Positions 59,573 through 64,000 of a stretch of DNA of 64,000 bases are shown in pieces. Numbering within the stretch: the first letter of the stretch is position 1; every line of letters begins with the position of its first letter. The stretch comes from Bugula neritina (lineage: Eukaryota; Animalia; Bryozoa). The notes under the pieces are model-generated. The model searched no databases, had not been told where the DNA came from, and saw nothing but the letters and a program-made list of their open reading frames with translations. The translations under genes were made by a program, and so were the position numbers. The stretch spans positions 14,270,698 to 14,334,697 of the forward strand of contig OZ037765.1 of NCBI GenBank assembly GCA_964035545.1. Reading direction: 5' to 3'.

Positions 59573-62500
59573 GGTGCCCTCATTCTATCACCATTTGTTT
59601 TAATCATCATTCTAAGCACATTACTTTGCCCATCTCATGTTTTTTTTGCTCCATTAATCCTCCCACTAGAAAGAAAGAGGACAGTAGTATGATGATGTCA
59701 ACCCAGGTGAACCATGATTCACAGTTGCACCCCTAATTTCATATGATTTGCTGTCTAAAGTCTTTGCTATAGATTGAGCATGCGTAGCACCAGGTGCGCG
59801 CATGTAATTTTGTAATATAAATTAAGGTTTGAAATGTAATATAAGTTGTACAATTATATTTGTTTATATGCTGCTTTTTGTTCTATAAGGCTTTTAATGA
59901 TTATTATTTGTGAGGTAATAAATTACCATGCCAGGTATAATTATATTTACTGCTTATGCCAACTTTTTGCTGGCAAATTGTCAATCTTTTCTTTGAAGTA
60001 GTTTTACTCATCACACCTGCTTTGCCAATATTATAGTAATACACTGTATGTAAATTATAATATCTGTCTTGTATTTCATCATTTTGAACTAATGTCACAG
60101 ACAAAAGTGTAATAACATAAAAATTGATGATTGTAAATCATTAGTGATAGTATGTAATTACAGTGGCCTTGGATTTTGACTAAAGACTAGTTCAGGATTT
60201 AGTCCCAAGTATAAAAAATAGTTTAGATTAAAAATTATATGCCAAACAAATATAAACCCGGCAGTTTTAGGAGTTAGAAGTGCATCCAAAATTTTTTTTT
60301 GGTTTGTGATTGCTTGGATATTTTATTGGAAACTAGAGTTATAGATAAAACCTACAATGCATGGTGTTTTATCACATGCAAGCACTGTTTTCCAATGGAC
60401 ATCATGAGGCATAACAGCAAACTAGTACACACTTTGAAATGTAAACATTTCTCATACCAATAACTACACAACATGATCTTCACTCACTCATGTTTTTGCT
60501 TACAAACATTACTCTGCATTGCAATATCTTGAAGTATGACAGCTACCAACATGTCCCCACATGTATTTAGAAGTAATTGGATTTCTCAAGAATCTAATCC
60601 TAACAATGTTTGCCTTGCATATTATAATTCCTTTGCAGACTGGAAATTTTCATACTGCATATCTTTGCATAAGTGTAGCATTATGGGTTGTATGCAACAT
60701 GAATGTGTTATTTCTGCTCCACATTCTTGTACACTGTACAGACTAGCAGTGAGGACATGTATCCCAGTACCAGGGGCCATGCTCTACATGTTTCCTTGAA
60801 ATGACAAGTGTTGAGTATATTAATTATGAATTGTTTGATATAGCTAAGCCTTCATAAGTGTCAGGAATAACTTTTTTCGCAGTATTAAATTGTACACATT
60901 TGAAATTATATTTGTAAAAAACTATACTTAAATAAAATAGTGTACAAGCTGCAAGTTTTCTCTTAATTTTTCTAGTGCTAAAGCTAGTTTAGATTATTCA
61001 TGATTTATAAAGATATAAATAATTTTAGTATGCCAATAGCTTGTCATATTTTTAATAGCATGCTCATGTGTTCAGAGAAATATTATGTAAATCCAGCAAG
61101 GGTGTAACGTGTAAAACACTCGCCTATTGGCATTATGTTGAAGTGATGATTGGTTGTCGTTTAACTCATCACAAAAACATTTTTATTAAGCTAGAGATTA
61201 GGCTCCAAGAATTAAAACAGTAAGTTCTCCAAGTATAATGCAACAACAAACACTTAATCTGCAAAAAAGATGCAATTTTGCTTTGATCTTTCTTGTCAGC
61301 TCTGACATTCAATGGCTTCCTGTATTTATTGCCAGAACTTTTAAAGCTACATCACGTTTTCTTTACAGTTGTACATCCTTTTATTAAGGATGAACTTTCT
61401 ATGGTTATAGCCGTTTATATAACATTACAATAAGAATATGCTAGTTAAAAGATGCAGATTATACCTCTTGTTATAGCATCTATATACTTACCATTTTGTC
61501 TGCTGTAAATATATTTGAGCTTGCAGCTTTATATATTAAAGTTCATAGTTGACCTTCTTATAATAGCTTTTGTCGTATGAAATTTCCTCTGTGGCATATA
61601 TTATGTCAAAAAACTTGCCACAGCAAATGATGTTAGTCAAGTACCGTCCCTTTGATTTGTGTTACAACTGAAAGCATCCACAATGCTTCACAAGTTAACT
61701 GAAAAATATAGGCCTACCATAAATCTGCTCTGACAAATAATGAGACATGTTCAACATGCTGCTTTTCCTTTCAATCTGATCTGATCATGAAATCAAGTTT
61801 CAAAATTTACTTGTAGACCTATTACTAGTAGCAGTTGGTGAAACTGCAACCATATAATTACAATTTTCTGTTTATTGACTTTAATAAAGTTAATCTAAAT
61901 TATTCTATGATGTATTAATACATGTTTGCATTGATTTTGTGAGTCAAAGTTGGTTTGCCGTAATGAAAGACCTATAACTCAAAAGGTCTGTTAATTTAAA
62001 CCAAAGTTATAAATGACATCATTATCTATATGTGAATGATTTTAAAAATTAACATTGCAATAATTTGAAATTAATACAGATTAATTAAATATAGCCCTAC
62101 ATGCAAATATTCTTAAATTAATTAACTTAGACAATACACAGATTCATCAAAAACATAATGATATAGCATAGGTTTGGTGAAACTGGCTCCAGCCTTCTAT
62201 GTTTTTATAAAGTGAGCCAAGTCTCTCATTCACTTGAGTTGACAAGAAAGGTTACTTGAGGTCTTACTCAAAAATTGGACTACCACTGAAACCCATCTCA
62301 CAACCTATGCAGCTGTATACCCTGTTCGCACAGCTAGTATTATAAAAGAGTCTATCAGAGTATTCAATTGTAAACAAGACCGCCTGTGCCAACAGTATTT
62401 AACCAACAAAGATGCATAAGAAAGCTTAAAAATTCATTTTATGTATATTTTTGGTTTTTTTGCCATTTTCTGTTACATAACAAACTAATTATGTGGTTGC

Positions 62501-64000
62501 AATAAGCCACTGAGTAACCAGTATTTATAATTACATTCACAAACACAGTTCCTATAAACAAGCATTAATGGGAGATGACAAACTTTTGGTCAGCACAAGT
62601 GGCTGCATGGTGCAGTTATTCTCCTGGGCACAATAAGAATTCTAGTAGGTTTTTTTTATGAAAAGTATTGGTAGGTTGGTCTCTGGCATATATTAACTAG
62701 TGCATTCAGTCCCATTATTTATCACATGACAAGGAGTCTCTTTCCATAATGTCATGCTGAGCCTCCAGGTACCAAACCTTGTACTAAGGAGCACATGACT
62801 CACACACTACCTATGCACTAAACCATTCAAGTGTTAGAAAGATAGTAAATTTTCAAACTTATCCTTCAAAATTTACACAGTGGCAGTCAAACATTGGCTC
62901 TTTATCAAATGAAAAGAAAATTTCAATGGTTTATATACTTTATACAATACGATGAAAATGTTGAAGTTTTAAAGTTCATGTTCAGCAATTCGCTAATATG
63001 GAGCCATGTCCACTGATACTATACAGTATACAGCATCTATTCTGCTATCTATTCGTTGAAACAAACACATTCATTTATTATTTATTATTACATTGTTTTC
63101 TATATAAACAGAACTTTGTGAATGCACTTTAAATAAAGCCAAAACGCTGCTAATATTTTTTGTAAATATAAAGATATTTTTTATAGCATGAGAGACCTTG
63201 AGAAGAATGACATTGTGACTCTCAACAATAACTACATCCATCAATTAATGCTAACTTTGATTAAATATTTGGTGTTTAAATGGAATCCAAAGGTTATGTA
63301 ACATGTAATTTATGATCTTGGTGGTACGGACAGGGTGGTTTTTTGCTCACCACTATCTCAAAAATCTCTTTGACACAAGTAATATATGGAGAAATGTTTA
63401 ATTATACTCATACTGTGCGCTCCCATCATGTCCATTGGCAGAATAAATGAAGTCACAGGTGTTACCAACAACTCACCATCATTATGAATTAGATTGCATA
63501 TTTAATGGAAGGCATAGGATTGCGTTGTTATTTAGCGATTACTGCTTAAATTATTTTAGACTTTATTTTTGTCATTCTTATTTTGAATCATTCACATGGC
63601 TCTGGATTTCACTATCTTCACATGTATGAGCATTAAATTATGATCCATCAATAATTCCCTTAGCTAATGCTTTCAGCACTAATTGTTAGTTTACACCATG
63701 ATATCAAGTAACCAGAAGAACTGATTGGAAGCTAGTAACCAACTAGCAACTAACTTTTTTTTCAACAAAATAATATAATATCTTTTGACTTTATTTTCTT
63801 TTTTTTAAATCCATCAACTTCTTTATTTAGGAAATAGTTGCTTGTGGAGCTAAATAGTATATTTGCAGCACTGGGACCTAAAAGTTACAATACAATATAT
63901 ACCATAATATAACAAATGAGCACTAAATATTTAAGTATGTTAAGGAATTTCAGCAGAGTAATATTTTGGTATCGTGCATTATGTGCAAATTGCATTTAAC

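Noticed and set aside
59600-64000. Short ORFs in the last 4.4 kb
   Set aside because: No recognisable domain or phase-consistent exon chain; treated as UTR, intergenic or intronic DNA.

Overview
AT-rich, CpG-depleted, intron-rich animal (invertebrate-like) genomic DNA with no prokaryotic features. I reconstructed four spliced genes exon by exon, with consistent splice phases. (1) The 3' part of an RFX4-type transcription factor (+, <1-8917). (2) A complete PDE9-type cGMP phosphodiesterase (-, 25099-9960). (3) A very large DOT1L H3K79 methyltransferase (-, 46677-26584; 28 exons, about 3,144 aa) with a long low-complexity tail. (4) A UBA-like + PTH2 peptidyl-tRNA hydrolase (+, 57548-59572). Introns and intergenic DNA hold a tRNA-derived SINE with a target-site duplication, MITE-like inverted repeats, a decayed LINE fragment and minisatellites. 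The most notable feature is in PDE9: two intact tandem copies of one catalytic-domain exon are separated by an intron containing a perfect 17-bp inverted repeat, which suggests RNA-structure-controlled mutually exclusive splicing. Also notable are the giant DOT1L tail, three GC-AG introns required by reading phase, and an identical 247-bp duplication of a DOT1L splice acceptor. Homology calls rest on recalled family motifs, not database searches.
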